Shown here: positions 1-11,400 of the stretch, in pieces | Layout of the letters: each line of letters opens with the position of its first letter | Position numbering within the stretch: the stretch's first letter is position 1 | DNA from: Reclinomonas americana ATCC 50394 | Lineage: Eukaryota | DNA length: 33,488 nucleotides | Reading direction: 5' to 3' | NCBI GenBank assembly: GCA_048213135.1 | Contig: AFZH01020499.1 | Location: 1 to 33,488, forward strand | The notes under the pieces: model-generated | The model's input: the letters and a program-made list of their open reading frames with translations, nothing else | Told to the model about the DNA's origin: nothing | Databases searched by the model: none | Program-made: the position numbers and the translations under genes

Positions 1-192
1 GATAGAGTGGTTGCCGGCTGTGCCGACGTTCAGGCACCACACATGCTCGCCACTGGCCAGTGACCACATCCACACTGTTCCATCGTGATCCGCACCGACA
101 ATGTGCTTGCCATCAGCGGAGGCAACGACATTAAGCAGTGCTCCCTCGGGCCCGCGCAAGGTCTTGCGCAAGATAAGCGGAACAGATGTCAT
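1..192 (-). CDS. WD40-repeat protein, 5' part (copy A of the tandem array; runs off the window)
   Basis: Not in the ORF track. My translation from ATG at 192 is MTSVPLILRKTLRGPEGALLNVVASADGKHIVGADHDGTVWMWSLASGEHVWCLNV..., open to base 1. The N-terminus (MTSVPL) and the WSLASGE motif match neighbouring copy B (MTSIPL). Confidence 0.8.
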   Translation of the reverse strand, partial: MTSVPLILRKTLRGPEGALLNVVASADGKHIVGADHDGTVWMWSLASGEHVWCLNVGTAGNHSI

Positions 193-292
193 GGGTTGGA
201 GGTGAAGAGTGTGTGTGCGTGTGTCACGACGGAGATACGTAGAAGAAGGGGGGGACAGGACTGTCCTCGGTGATCCGTCGTTGCCTTTGCTC

Positions 293-298
293 TTTATT
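293..298 (-). promoter_or_regulatory. Possible polyadenylation signal AATAAA of WD40 copy B
   Basis: tttatt on + reads AATAAA on -, about 35 nt downstream of the stop at 334. Confidence 0.35.
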
Positions 299-333
299 AA
301 CACGACGTCCCTCCGGTGAGTACTGGTAGTGGC

Positions 334-1419
334 TCACCAGGGATCCTCTTCGCAGCGAAACAGCACGACTTCGGCATCTTCGACAATGAAGCAGCGCAAT
401 ACCAACTCGACCAGACAACGCCGCGACTCTCCCCGCGCATGCTGCATCTCCTGCACAGCTTGCAGCGCCAGTCGAGCATCGCGGAGCTCCCACCGGATGA
501 GTCCACTCGGCGTGGACCAGGCACGCACGGTGTTGTCTTCACCGCCACTGACGATGTGCTGCCCGTCGGCGGTGACGGCCACACAGTTCACCCAGCCAGT
601 GTGACCCTCCAGCAGCTGCACTCGTCGTGGGCCGCTCGCCAGCGTCCACACGCGCACCGTCTTATCCCAACTTCCGCTCACTACGTACCGTCCGCACGGC
701 GTAAAGGCCACCGACGACACCGCATCGGTGTGCATGACCAGCCGTCGTAGCTTCTGGCCAGTGACCGCAGACCACACACCTACGGTGGTATCCAAGCTGC
801 CACTGGCGACCAGCTCGCCATCCCGCGTGACGGCCACCGACAACACCCAGTCCGTGTGCCCCTCCAACTTTAACAACTCTGCACCACTTGCCACACACCA
901 GATGCGCACCGTGCGATCTGCGCTGCCGCTCACCAGTCGCTGTCCGTCGACCGTGAACGCGACACACGACACAACATCCGTGTGGCCCTCAAAGCACCGA
1001 CTGTCGCTGCTGTCGTCGTCTGCGGTCAACGAGCACATACGCACAACATGCTCGTCACACCGCACAACGTGCTGACTGTCGCGAGTGGCGGCAAGAGCAA
1101 ACGTGGAGCCGACAGAGTCCTTCAAGCGACGCACTTGCTCGCCACTCGCCAGTGACCACACGCGCACCGACAAGTCACCGCACACAGCCACCAGCAGCTG
1201 AGCATCGGGGGTCACGCACATGCACATTACCCTGCTGATGTGGTCTCCCAGCAGCTGCACTGGTGCCTGTGACTCCTCACTTGCTGCTGACCACGGCAAC
1301 TGCTGCTCGTTGCTGGCACTCACAATGCGCTCCCCACCCGGAGTGATGACAGCGATGGACGACACGGGTCCAGAGACACGACGAACAGTGCTGCTGAGGA
1401 GCAAAGGAATGGATGTCAT
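334..1419 (-). CDS. Intronless WD40-repeat protein (copy B) with a conserved C-terminal tail
   Basis: ORF 334..1482 contains repeated EGHT..V..VA.T.DG..VSGS.D.TVRVW units. The probable ATG is at 1419 (MTSIPLLL), by analogy with copy A. Confidence 0.9.
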   Translation of the reverse strand: MTSIPLLLSSTVRRVSGPVSSIAVITPGGERIVSASNEQQLPWSAASEESQAPVQLLGDHISRVMCMCVTPDAQLLVAVCGDLSVRVWSLASGEQVRRLKDSVGSTFALAATRDSQHVVRCDEHVVRMCSLTADDDSSDSRCFEGHTDVVSCVAFTVDGQRLVSGSADRTVRIWCVASGAELLKLEGHTDWVLSVAVTRDGELVASGSLDTTVGVWSAVTGQKLRRLVMHTDAVSSVAFTPCGRYVVSGSWDKTVRVWTLASGPRRVQLLEGHTGWVNCVAVTADGQHIVSGGEDNTVRAWSTPSGLIRWELRDARLALQAVQEMQHARGESRRCLVELVLRCFIVEDAEVVLFRCEEDPW

Positions 1420-1488
1420 GCGCGGTCGAGGATATAGAGAAGGATGCAATGGGGACAACTGACGAAGGACGACTCTTTTCACTCTCTC

Positions 1489-2625
1489 TCACCAACGATC
1501 CGCGGCACACCGATGCAGACACACCTCTGCCTCCTCCACTATGAAGCAGCGTAACACCACCTCCGCCAAGCAGCGCGAAACGTCCCGACCCGCCACTTCC
1601 GCTTCATGCTGCATCTCCTGCACGGCCAGTGTGGCCTGCCGGGCGCAGTCGAGCTCCCATCGCGCGAGGCCACATGGAGTGGACCAGACACGCACCACGG
1701 TCTCCCAACTGCACGCGCTCACAATGTGCTGGCAGTCGGGCGAGACGGCGACCGACGCCAGCTGTCGAGCCTGAGCATCGACTGCCTCCACCTCGTCGCC
1801 ACTTGCCAGAGACCACACTCGCATGAGCGTGTCGCGGCCTCCACTGACAATGTGCCGGCCATCTGGGGTGACAGCCACACAGAGCACCTCGCGAGCGTCG
1901 CCGTCGAGCTGCAGCACTTGCAGACCGGTGGCCAGCGACCACACTCGAATTGTTCCGTCCTTGCCACCACTAACGAGATGCTGCACGTCGGGAGTGACCG
2001 CGATCGAGTGCACCCAGCCCACGTGTCCGCGCAGCTGCAGCAACTCCTCTCCACTGGCCAGCGCCCACACACTGATGGTGGCATCGGCACTGCCGCTCAC
2101 CACAAAGAGGCCATCGGGCGTGACGGCGACCGCATACACCAGTGCCGTGTGTCCCTCCAGTCGTCGCTCCTGCGTGCCACTGGCCAGAGACCACACGCGC
2201 ACAGTCTTATCCCAGCTGCCACTCACAGCGCGCTGACCGTCGGGAGTGACGGCCACCGAGGTCACCTCGCCCGTGTGGCCCTCGAGTTGCAGAACCTCGT
2301 CTCCGCTCACCACAAACCACACTCGCACCGTCCTGTCTGCGCTTCCGCTCACCACGTATTGACTGTCGGGTGTCACTGCCAGTGACGACACGCCCATGGT
2401 GTGTCCCTCCAGGCGGCACACCTCGTGGCCACTTGCCAGCGACCAGACGCGCACAGTTCTGTCTGCGCTCGCGCTCACTGCGTGCTGTCCGTCTGGAGTG
2501 ACGGCGACAGCGTGAAGAAAGGCGGTGTGGCCACGCAGGCGTTTGCAGAGGAGGGAGGAGGTGATGACATTGCTTGTGCTCTCGGACTTGCAAGAAAATG
2601 ACAGCTTGGAGATATCGAACACCAT
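1489..2625 (-). CDS. Intronless WD40-repeat protein (copy C), about 7 regular repeats plus C-terminal tail
   Basis: 378-aa ORF with highly regular GHT..V.SVAVTPDG..VSGS.D.TVRVW repeats. The tail RWEL..AR.A..AVQEMQH...RCL.E.VLRCFIVE.AEV.L.RC..D.W is shared with copy B. Confidence 0.92.
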   Translation of the reverse strand: MVFDISKLSFSCKSESTSNVITSSLLCKRLRGHTAFLHAVAVTPDGQHAVSASADRTVRVWSLASGHEVCRLEGHTMGVSSLAVTPDSQYVVSGSADRTVRVWFVVSGDEVLQLEGHTGEVTSVAVTPDGQRAVSGSWDKTVRVWSLASGTQERRLEGHTALVYAVAVTPDGLFVVSGSADATISVWALASGEELLQLRGHVGWVHSIAVTPDVQHLVSGGKDGTIRVWSLATGLQVLQLDGDAREVLCVAVTPDGRHIVSGGRDTLMRVWSLASGDEVEAVDAQARQLASVAVSPDCQHIVSACSWETVVRVWSTPCGLARWELDCARQATLAVQEMQHEAEVAGRDVSRCLAEVVLRCFIVEEAEVCLHRCAADRW

Positions 2626-3134
2626 TGTCGGAAATCAAAGACTGGACAACAACGCGACAACTTTACCCGCTTCTGTCGGTTGCACAACTGCACGAATGCA
2701 CGTGGGAGAGATCGCGGAGAGATCAACTGGAGGCGACTTCGAATTCGAACACAATGCAGACGTCGACGTCGCGGTCGATATCGGAGGTCAATGCACGCAA
2801 GTCGAGTCCACAGAAGCGAGGAACGTTGGAGGGGCGACAAGTATGCATCCTTCTCTGCAATACAAGTCATGTGCTGGCCGGGTGCGGATCAGAAAGCGCA
2901 GCGAATGATTGCGACGTTGCATATATATGCATTTGACACCTTGCACTCTGTGTGTAAGAGCGTACTCGTCGAGCACAAGTGCTGTTAACTACATGTATGT
3001 CAGACCTCTGCACCACTCGGCATGCAGGCAAGATGCACTTGGACCTTCGCATGTATGCAAACTTGTCCTGCTCGTTTCTCTCGATTGCTTCTTCCCCTTG
3101 TTCACTGTGCGCCTTCCTCGTGGCATTATAAGAG

Positions 3135-3253
3135 ATGTCTGGTCGCAACGTGCAGGAGGGTCGCGCAGGTGTGCAATATGGTCTGATCCTCTTCAACAAG
3201 GGCGGGAAGAGTGGTCCTTCGGCGAGTGCGCCTCCAAAGAAGCCGAGCGCGAG

Positions 3254-3297
<44 letters not shown>

Positions 3298-5361
3298 AGA
3301 GAGGGAGGAATGCATGTGCGATTCAATGCATGCAAGTCAGTCACATATTCTCTCTCTCTCTCACACACTCACTCTGTGTATGTTCACTCAGACCTTAGTG
3401 GAGGCTGCACCCCTTGCATTCTCACCCCTTTTCTCTCTCAGACAATCCTCTCTCCCTCTCTCTGTCTGTCTGTTTGTCTGTCTCAGACACTCACTCGCTT
3501 CCTTCGTCCGTGCACCCTCTGTACCTCGCTTGTATTCTCACTCCCTTTTCTCACTCTCACTCTCTCACTCACAACCACTCTTTCATTGTATGTTGATGCA
3601 GGTACAAGTGGGAGGAGCTGCACATTTTAGTTCTCACCTCCATACTTTCTCAGGCACTCACTTCCTTCATCCGTCAGTGGTGCTGCACCTTCCATGCCTC
3701 GCTGGCATTCTCACCTGCTCTCTCCCTCGCTCTTCTCCTCTCTCAATCCACTCTATTCTGTCTCTCTCTCCCTCCTCTCCCTCTCCCACCCTTTCTCTCC
3801 CTTCTCCCTCTCCCACCCTTTCTCCCCCACTCTTCTCCACTCTCCCTCACTCTTCTCCTCGTTGACCCCTCGCAGTGGCGCCCTGAGCGTCGACTCAGTC
3901 TTTGGCAACCTCGGCGACGATGATGACGATGGCGGAGCCCCGGCAGCACCCACGGTCTCTCTCCCTCTCCCCCTCACTCGTTGCCTCTTTCTATTTCTCT
4001 CTCTCACACACGCACATCTCTCAGATCACCAAAGGCAAGGCCGCGGTGGCCAGTTCGCGCGCCACTCTCATGGCCGAGGCCTACCAGCGACAGCTCACCA
4101 AGAAGCAGCAGGATGACATGGCGGCGGCGTTGGCAGCCGACCCCACCGCCTTTGACTATGACTCGCACTTTGACGATATCCACAAGTTGCGAACACGCAC
4201 ATACACGCACGCCTTCTCCTCCTCCTCTCACCACTCTACAGGCAACGCGATCAGAACCGCCAAGAGGTGCTGGCGCGGGCGGCCGACAAGCGACCGAAAT
4301 ACATGGACCTGTTCATGAAGACGGCGGAGGAGCGGAAGCGTGAATTCGAGCGGCAGTACGAGAAGAAGAACCTGCGGGAGCGCCTAAAAGACGACCATCT
4401 GTTCGAGGACAAGGAGAAGTTCATCACCTCGGCGTACAAGCAGAAACTCAAGGAGGACAAGCTGTGGGAGATTGAGGAGGCGCGCCGCGAGGAGGAGAAC
4501 AAGAAGCTCGATGTGCGTTCAAAGACGGGTCTGGAAGACTTTTACCGCCACATGCTCAACACGGGTGGCGCCAGTCGCTCGTCGTCGGCTGTCGACGGCG
4601 AGGACGAGAAGATGATGGAGAAGGAGCGAAAGAGGCTGGCGCAGGAGGAAGTCATTTCGGCGCGAATTCGCGAGCAGTTTGAGCGCGACTGGGAGGCACG
4701 CGAACGGGCGGCTCGGCGAGGAGAGGGTGCGGGCGAGGAGGCGGCAGCTGCTGGAGAGAGTGCTGGCGACGGAGATGGAAATGATCGACCGCTCAGTATG
4801 CTGGAGAAAGCCAAACTGCAGCGCGAGCGTGTGGCTGCTGCATTGGCTGCATTGGCTGCTGCCGCTGCTGCTTCCTCTGCGGAGGGTGCCTCGGAATCAC
4901 CACCGCCTTCGTCATCGTCATTGACGACGCGTCGCCGGAGTGCTGAGCACACGACCCGGTCGGGAAGTGACGGCGATGGCCACGATGCAGAGCCGCCGCG
5001 GAAACGCGCCAGACACGGATCGCCGCCAGCCGCCGGCGCCACGGCAGCTGTGGATGCCACGACACCCACGTCGCCGACGGCGGTGGCAGCAACGTCTCCG
5101 GCGGCGGAAAGTGCTGCGCCGATGCTGGATCCCGTCGAGGAACTGCGTCTGCGACGGGAACGGGAGGCCAAGGAGGAGGCCGAGCGTTTGGCGCGACTGC
5201 GAGAGGAGTACAAGAAGCACGCGGTTGACGAGAGCGCCATTAGCAGCGCACGGCAGAGGGCACTGGAGCGCCGCCAGCAACGTCAACAGCAACAGCAGCA
5301 GCAGCAACAACACGCACAACATCACCACGGTCACCACCACCACCAGCATCACGCCACATGA
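3135..5361 (+). CDS. NSRP1: Nuclear speckle splicing regulatory protein 1 / CCDC55-like (DUF2040); exons 3135-3253, 3876-3954, 4025-4185, 4242-5361
   Basis: The spliced model keeps frame with GT-AG introns. Family-typical motifs are QYGLIL, ALAADPTAFDYD, PKYMDL, ER.YEK...ER, F.DKEKFITSAYK.KL, FYR.ML and a C-terminal SARQRALER. Confidence 0.85.
3254..3875 (+). repeat. Microsatellite and pyrimidine-rich expanded intron: (GT)n(GA)n then CT-rich tracts
   Basis: gtgtgt...gagaga at 3254-3298 followed by long ctctct/ctccc tracts. Confidence 0.85.
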
Positions 5362-5436
5362 GACTCAATGCACCACGGAACATGGTGTGGTGGTGTTCAC
5401 ATACGAATGTTTTTTTCACTGAATAGTTAATCTGCG

Positions 5437-8400
5437 CTATAGTTTTCGGATTAGTAGGTAGGCCTTGGTGAGGCCTTTGCCCTTTAGCATCACTTCCCTC
5501 TCCTCGAAGAGGTAGTGGTCGAATGCGATTTCGTAGCACCGCCGACTGACCTGCACGATGACACAAACGAAAAAAAAGTCGTCAATAATCTCTTTTCTTT
5601 GCATCGACGAGACACACAAACACACACCTGGATCCTCATCGGTTCGCTGCTGCTTTCCAGTCGCGAAGCCACGTTAACATTGTCGCCCCACAGGTCGTAC
5701 TGGAATCTCTTTTGCCCAATGACGCCGGCGGTGACGGAGCCCATGTTGATGCCGATGCGGATCTGAATGCCGTTCTGCCGTGCAATTTCCAAGAACGAGA
5801 GTGCACACTCAATCATGCTAAGCGTGGCCTTGGCTACAGCTCGCGGATCCGTGGCACCCAAGCCCGACACGGCCATGTAAGAGTCTGTGGCATTACTCAG
5901 GTAAGTGCCCGACACCTTTCTCGACTTCTGTGCTTCACCCCACTCATGCCTGGCACCTTTCTCTCCTTCTCTCCTTCTCCCGCTGCCCTCCCCCCCTTCT
6001 CCCCCCTCCTTCCCACTCACCACCAATAGTCTTGATCTTGGTGACGCCGTGCTTCTCTGCCGCCTCATCCATTTGCGTGAATAATCTGTCGAGCAGCTCC
6101 ACGAGTTCGATGGACGAGATGTTGGAGGCCATGGAGGTAAACGACACAATGTCGCTGAAGAGGATCGTCGCAAACTCGTGCGACTCGGCAATTGGCCGCT
6201 CGCCGTTCTGCAGGCGCACGGCGACATGCGGCGGCAGAATGTTGAGCAGCAGCTCGCTGCTCTTCTTCTTCTCCACCGCGAGCAGGCGTTTCTGGTTTTG
6301 CCGCAGAGTGACGTCGCGGAAGAAGCACGTGAAGACGCTGGTGTTGCCGATGGTACCAAAATTCAGCGAGACCTGTGCCACAAATATACAAAGTGTGAGC
6401 GTCAAAGGGAGGGGAAGTGAAAGAAACACAAGCAAGAGCTCTCTCACCTGCGCGGGGAACACGTCGGCAATGTGCATGCCGACCACCTCCGACGCCTGCA
6501 CCGATTCGCCATCGTGTTCGCTCGTGGAGCGGTTGGGTGAGGCGTGGCTGCCGCCGTTGGTATTCGGCTCACCGGGCACAGGCACGGGCACGGTAAGTGT
6601 GCTGGCTTTGCGATTCGCCTGATTGCCAGACTGGCGACTGCCGTGGGCGGTGACCGACGATCCGCGACGTGCCGGCGTCCCTTGTGCACCCGCGTGGCCG
6701 CCACCAATGACACCCGGAGTAGCCGGTGACAGTACTCGCGACGGAGTGCGACCGGCATGCAAGCGTGCGGGGCGAGTCGGCGATGCCACGTCCTCCCTGG
6801 TCGTACCACGGTCGGGAGAACCGTCGCTTGAAGACGACGAGCTGGCATCGAAATGCTGCTCAAGCACCTCTTGGGCCAGCGGCGCGCCCACATTCGGGGC
6901 GTAGCGAATGCACTTGTACTGCGCAGAGAGTTGAGGGTACGAATAAGAGGCAAAGAGGAAAAGCTAAAAAAGTGGATGGCATGAGAGAGCTCACCAGTCG
7001 CTCAAAGGTTCGTCCACCGGCCTGCTTGCCGGCAACGTGGCTCTGCACTTCGCGAAGGATCGACTCGAAACTGACTGGATCGAAAACAACCGACAGCTGC
7101 ACGCGCATCATACAGACAATGAGTGGGAGGTGGCGAGGCAGAAAAGGAGAGCAGAAAAGGACGAAACATTGCGGCCGACGACCAACGAGCTCTGCAAGCC
7201 AAACATTTGCTCGGCTGACTTGTTGACATTGATGATCACGCCGTTGCTGTCGAACTCCATGAAACCGTCGGCAGCCGTCTCGAGAATGCGATGCATGCGC
7301 ACTTCGCTCTCATCCACCACCTAGCAAACAAGTAGGTGTGAGTTGTGTGCTGTGGTGGAGCCGCCACTTCCTGTCACACCTTGTCGATTTCTCTCTCGTC
7401 AATCTTCTTGCCGTCGATGAGGAAGGATCGGATGGGGTTGACTTCGGCAATCACTGACGGCGGCAGCATCAGCAGCAGCTTGATGGTGCGCTTGTTCTGT
7501 TTCGATGCAGCAGTGAGTGACCATGTCTTCGGTGATGATCACACACGCACTCGCACAAACCTCGTCGTCCAGATGGCGGATGAACTGGCGCAGACCAAAG
7601 AGGTACAGCGAAGGGATGATGAAGAAGGACAGGCTGAAAATCACGTCCATGGCGGTCTGGTAAGCGTTGACTCGCGGCGAGTAGGCGCGACGCACAGCAC
7701 TCATCAGATTCGAGTACTTGGTCTGCAGCGCACCCGCAGCGATGGTCACTGCGAATCACCAAATCGTGTCAACTTGTGCGTTCCGTAGACGATGTTTGTC
7801 GCAAGCGACGCAACTGAGTACGGCAGTGTCGACCAGTTTGTCCGTCTGGTTGTTGTAGACGGCCGAGGCGGTGGAGCTGACTTGTCGCAAAATGACGTCG
7901 GTGGAGTAGCAGTCGACAGAGGTTACCAATTCGCACGAGGCCTGGAACACCGCCTGCACACCACCAACAAGAAAGAATGAGCTCTGACTGACTGCAGTGT
8001 GCTGCATGCGGGCACACATGCAGCGACACGCAACATCAGTCAACGCGGACTCCGCCACCAGTGCCGGAATGTTCTGGTCCGCGTCTCCATAGGCCGTGTC
8101 TTGCCATAACTCATCGAATTTTTGATACGCCGTGTATAAACTCGCTCTGCAGTGTGCGTTGCGCGCAGAGCGAGTGAGAAGAAATGTCTGCATGTGTGTG
8201 CTGGGAAGAGAAGATTCCGAGTCAGTACCTGGCCACGGTCAGTTCCGAGGGACTGGTGGTAAAGGCCACGCGCAGTGTCTGGTACGCCGTCCGCCACGCC
8301 GAGATGCCCACACTCTGTGCATTTTCCATAAGCACCCAGCAAGGGAAAAATACAGACGGACCACACAGCATGGCACGCACCGCCGCCGAGTAGATGCTGT

Positions 8401-11400
8401 TGATGGTGGGATCGTCTTGATTGGAGCTGGTAATCATGATGCTCGTCATGGCGAAAATGATGCTGGTGACCACAATAAGCACGATGGAGTAGGCGATAAT
8501 CAGCTTGGTCAGGCCCGAGTTGTTTGTCGACACGCTGCTAGCTGCTCGACCAGAGAGAGTCAATCACAAATACACTCCGTGTTCTGCTCGCTGAAGTAAA
8601 GTACGTACCAACACGTGCGCTTCCGAGACGACTGGCCGTATTGTCGTTGCCGTTCAGCATGCGCGAGCACTCGGCCAGCAAGTTGTTCAGATGGCGATAA
8701 ATGCGCGTGATGACGTACTTTGGAATGAGCTGGAAGAGCGACAATGTTCTGCACCGCAAAAAGGGTCTTGAGATTCGAGGAGACACTCACTGCCCCCAGT
8801 GCGCACAATGCTCACCGCTTTCGCTCGTTCACGGCCGACAAGAACGACGGAACGCTGAAAAGGCCGGCGAACAGGAGGATCGAGGCGCACGAGATTGCTG
8901 AGATGACAATCATGGCGCGGTGCGAGTATGACACGTTACTCCGCACCGCCTGCGTCACACGAAAAACAATGTCAGCACCCGGTATAAGAGAGCAATGTTG
9001 ATGTAACACTCAGCAACGCACCGCCAGACTGGCCACCACCACGCGACCAATGGCATCGGCAAACGCATCACCAATGTTGCCAAAGATGAAGCGATAGGCC
9101 TGCTGGCACACGGCGGCTGTCGGTGTCTTGGTGCACTGTGGTGGAAAACAGACACGAACATCAGCAATCGACATCACACAAACACACATCGAGTGCACTC
9201 AACTGTGGCGCTCGACAAGATGCCCAGTTGTGTGAGCATCTCGTGACTCGCATCCAGCAGCGGCAGGCTGGTGGTGCTTTCGCTCAGGCTGCCATTGGTG
9301 CCGACAATCAGCGTGCGATAGGTCGTCAGCGAAGTGGTCGCCTGGATGGTGATTGCCGACTGAGTGAACGTGGTGATTTGCTGCAGTAGCGATTGATACT
9401 GTGTCGCGAGGGTGAATCGGTGTCAGACATCTTCAGAGACGATAGCAGCAGACATGTGCCGAGCAAACCTGCGTGACCAATGTCGCTAAACCGCTGGCAA
9501 TGGTGGCATCGGTGGGTTTCGCAGCCGACAGTAGCAGTTGATTACCGAGCCGTTCCACTGTGACTGCGAAGTCTACCACCAACAGCAGACAGTCGGCGGG
9601 ATCCGCGCCCGTCTGCTTCGGCGACAGCATGTGCGACATGGAGTCCGACATTAGCATGCGCGACGTGACAAACATGACAATGATGATGGCAGCGGAGAGC
9701 AGCAACACCAGCCACTGTGTGCACCAAAGTGAGGACGAATGCAGTCGACCTTCTGTTCATCTGCGAAAGCACAACAACGCACCACTTGCATGCGCACACG
9801 CCACGCCACCGACGACTTCTTGTCATCCAAACGCCTCCGAATCTCGTGGTACTCCTGGTCGACGCCGCGGAATGTCACGCGAGTCATTTCCGTGGGAGCA
9901 CCGGCGTCGGATCCCGCACGGGTTCGTGCCTGCAGACGAGAGCAATCAGCGAGCTGCACACAACAAGGTCTTCGTATTGAACATACACACCATGGCGGGT
10001 GCCGCGCTCTGTACTGCCGCGCCCTCCAGGGCAGTACGGTCCAGCCGACGAGCAGGAGTAGGGCGTATGCGTGATGTCAAGGCCTCGTCGTAGTGTGACA
10101 TGTCGGGGGCGGCAAGCTGATTTGCCGCTTGCTCATGGACCATGAATGATGTCATTTCTGCGCGCGCGTGTGTGGTCAGTGAATGGTTCTTGGGTAGTTG
10201 ACGGGGGTGAGAGAAGTCGTCGGCAGAGTCACTAACCAATGTTTGTGCGCTGGTCCTGTTGCCTGTGGCTGCTCTGCGGCGTGCCATACACGGGAGGCGG
10301 AGTGAGTTGTCCACCAATGGCTCCGGCGCCATTCATGCCCGTGCTCGAGGGCGGGGCAATGGCAGGTGGACTATGCTCAACGACAAGTGAGTGACGATGT
10401 ACAAGGAAGAAGGCACAGCGCTTGCTAACGCACCCCGTCATCATGCGAGCCGTGTTGGGCGGCACTGGACTCGTGACACCGTTGCCGCCACCGCCGAGGC
10501 TATTCGGGAGGCTGCCGCCGGGATTGCCGGTAGTGGCCGCGAACCCGGATGCCGGCTGCTGGAATGCCGCCCACATGTCTTGTCCCATGGGTTGTTCCTC
10601 GAATTGGTCAGCGGCTTCGAGCAGGTCAGCGGCACGCAGTGGACTGTCGACGAATTAGTGAGTGAGCAAAAGGAAGGAAGGCGCGACTATGCACAGCACT
10701 CGTCATCACGAAACTCGTTATCAATGTCGTGGATCCAGCGAGCGTACGCGCGCAACAGGCTGGTGCTGTTGGGAAATTCGCGAAGCAGGCGCGCGTACAA
10801 CACAGCACCTTCCTCTTCGCCGCGAGCTGCACGCACAACGATGGAGTCTGTGAGAGGCGATATTCGAGCCAATACTGTTTCAACAATGACAACAAACCAA
10901 TGCTCCAGATGGTGGCCGCCGTGCTCGACAAGTCCGTGTCGGAGCGCATAAAGTTGTGCCAGAAATGACTCATGTGAGTCAACACATCCTGCCGCCGCAT
11001 CTCCAACTTGTGCAGTGCGCGCGTCAGGTGCTTGTTCTCTGCCCCAGGAGTGGTGCCTTGCACGTCGTCGACAATGAGCTGCATGATACGCAGCGTCATC
11101 ACCAAGTCCGGCATGTTGGCGTTCTTGCGCGACCGCAGCAACTGCAGTGGAGTAGGTAAGCTCGTTGGTATGAGGAAGGCGGTGGAGAGAATGAATCACA
11201 AACACAAACCTTGCACAACGTGGGAATAATCGCAAATGCCGATTGCTCGGGTGTGTTGAGCAGGTAGATGGCGTAGGCGAGACGCAAGGAGAGCGACTTG
11301 GGGAACTTTTTCTGTCCCGCCATGAACACCTCCTCGGCGAGTGACTTGTCCAAGGCCCCGAGTCGCACCGCTTGCTCCACCTCGTGAGGAGAGTCGCACG

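Noticed and set aside
316-2385. Long + strand ORFs opposite the WD40 genes, and similar shadows opposite the cyclases and RPB1 (31999-32913)
   Set aside because: Antisense shadows expected in GC-rich coding DNA.
2909-3865. 318-aa ORF, and similar ORFs at 27190-27852, 27421-27855 and 32834-33310
   Set aside because: These are translations of microsatellite or pyrimidine-rich introns with no protein-like signal.
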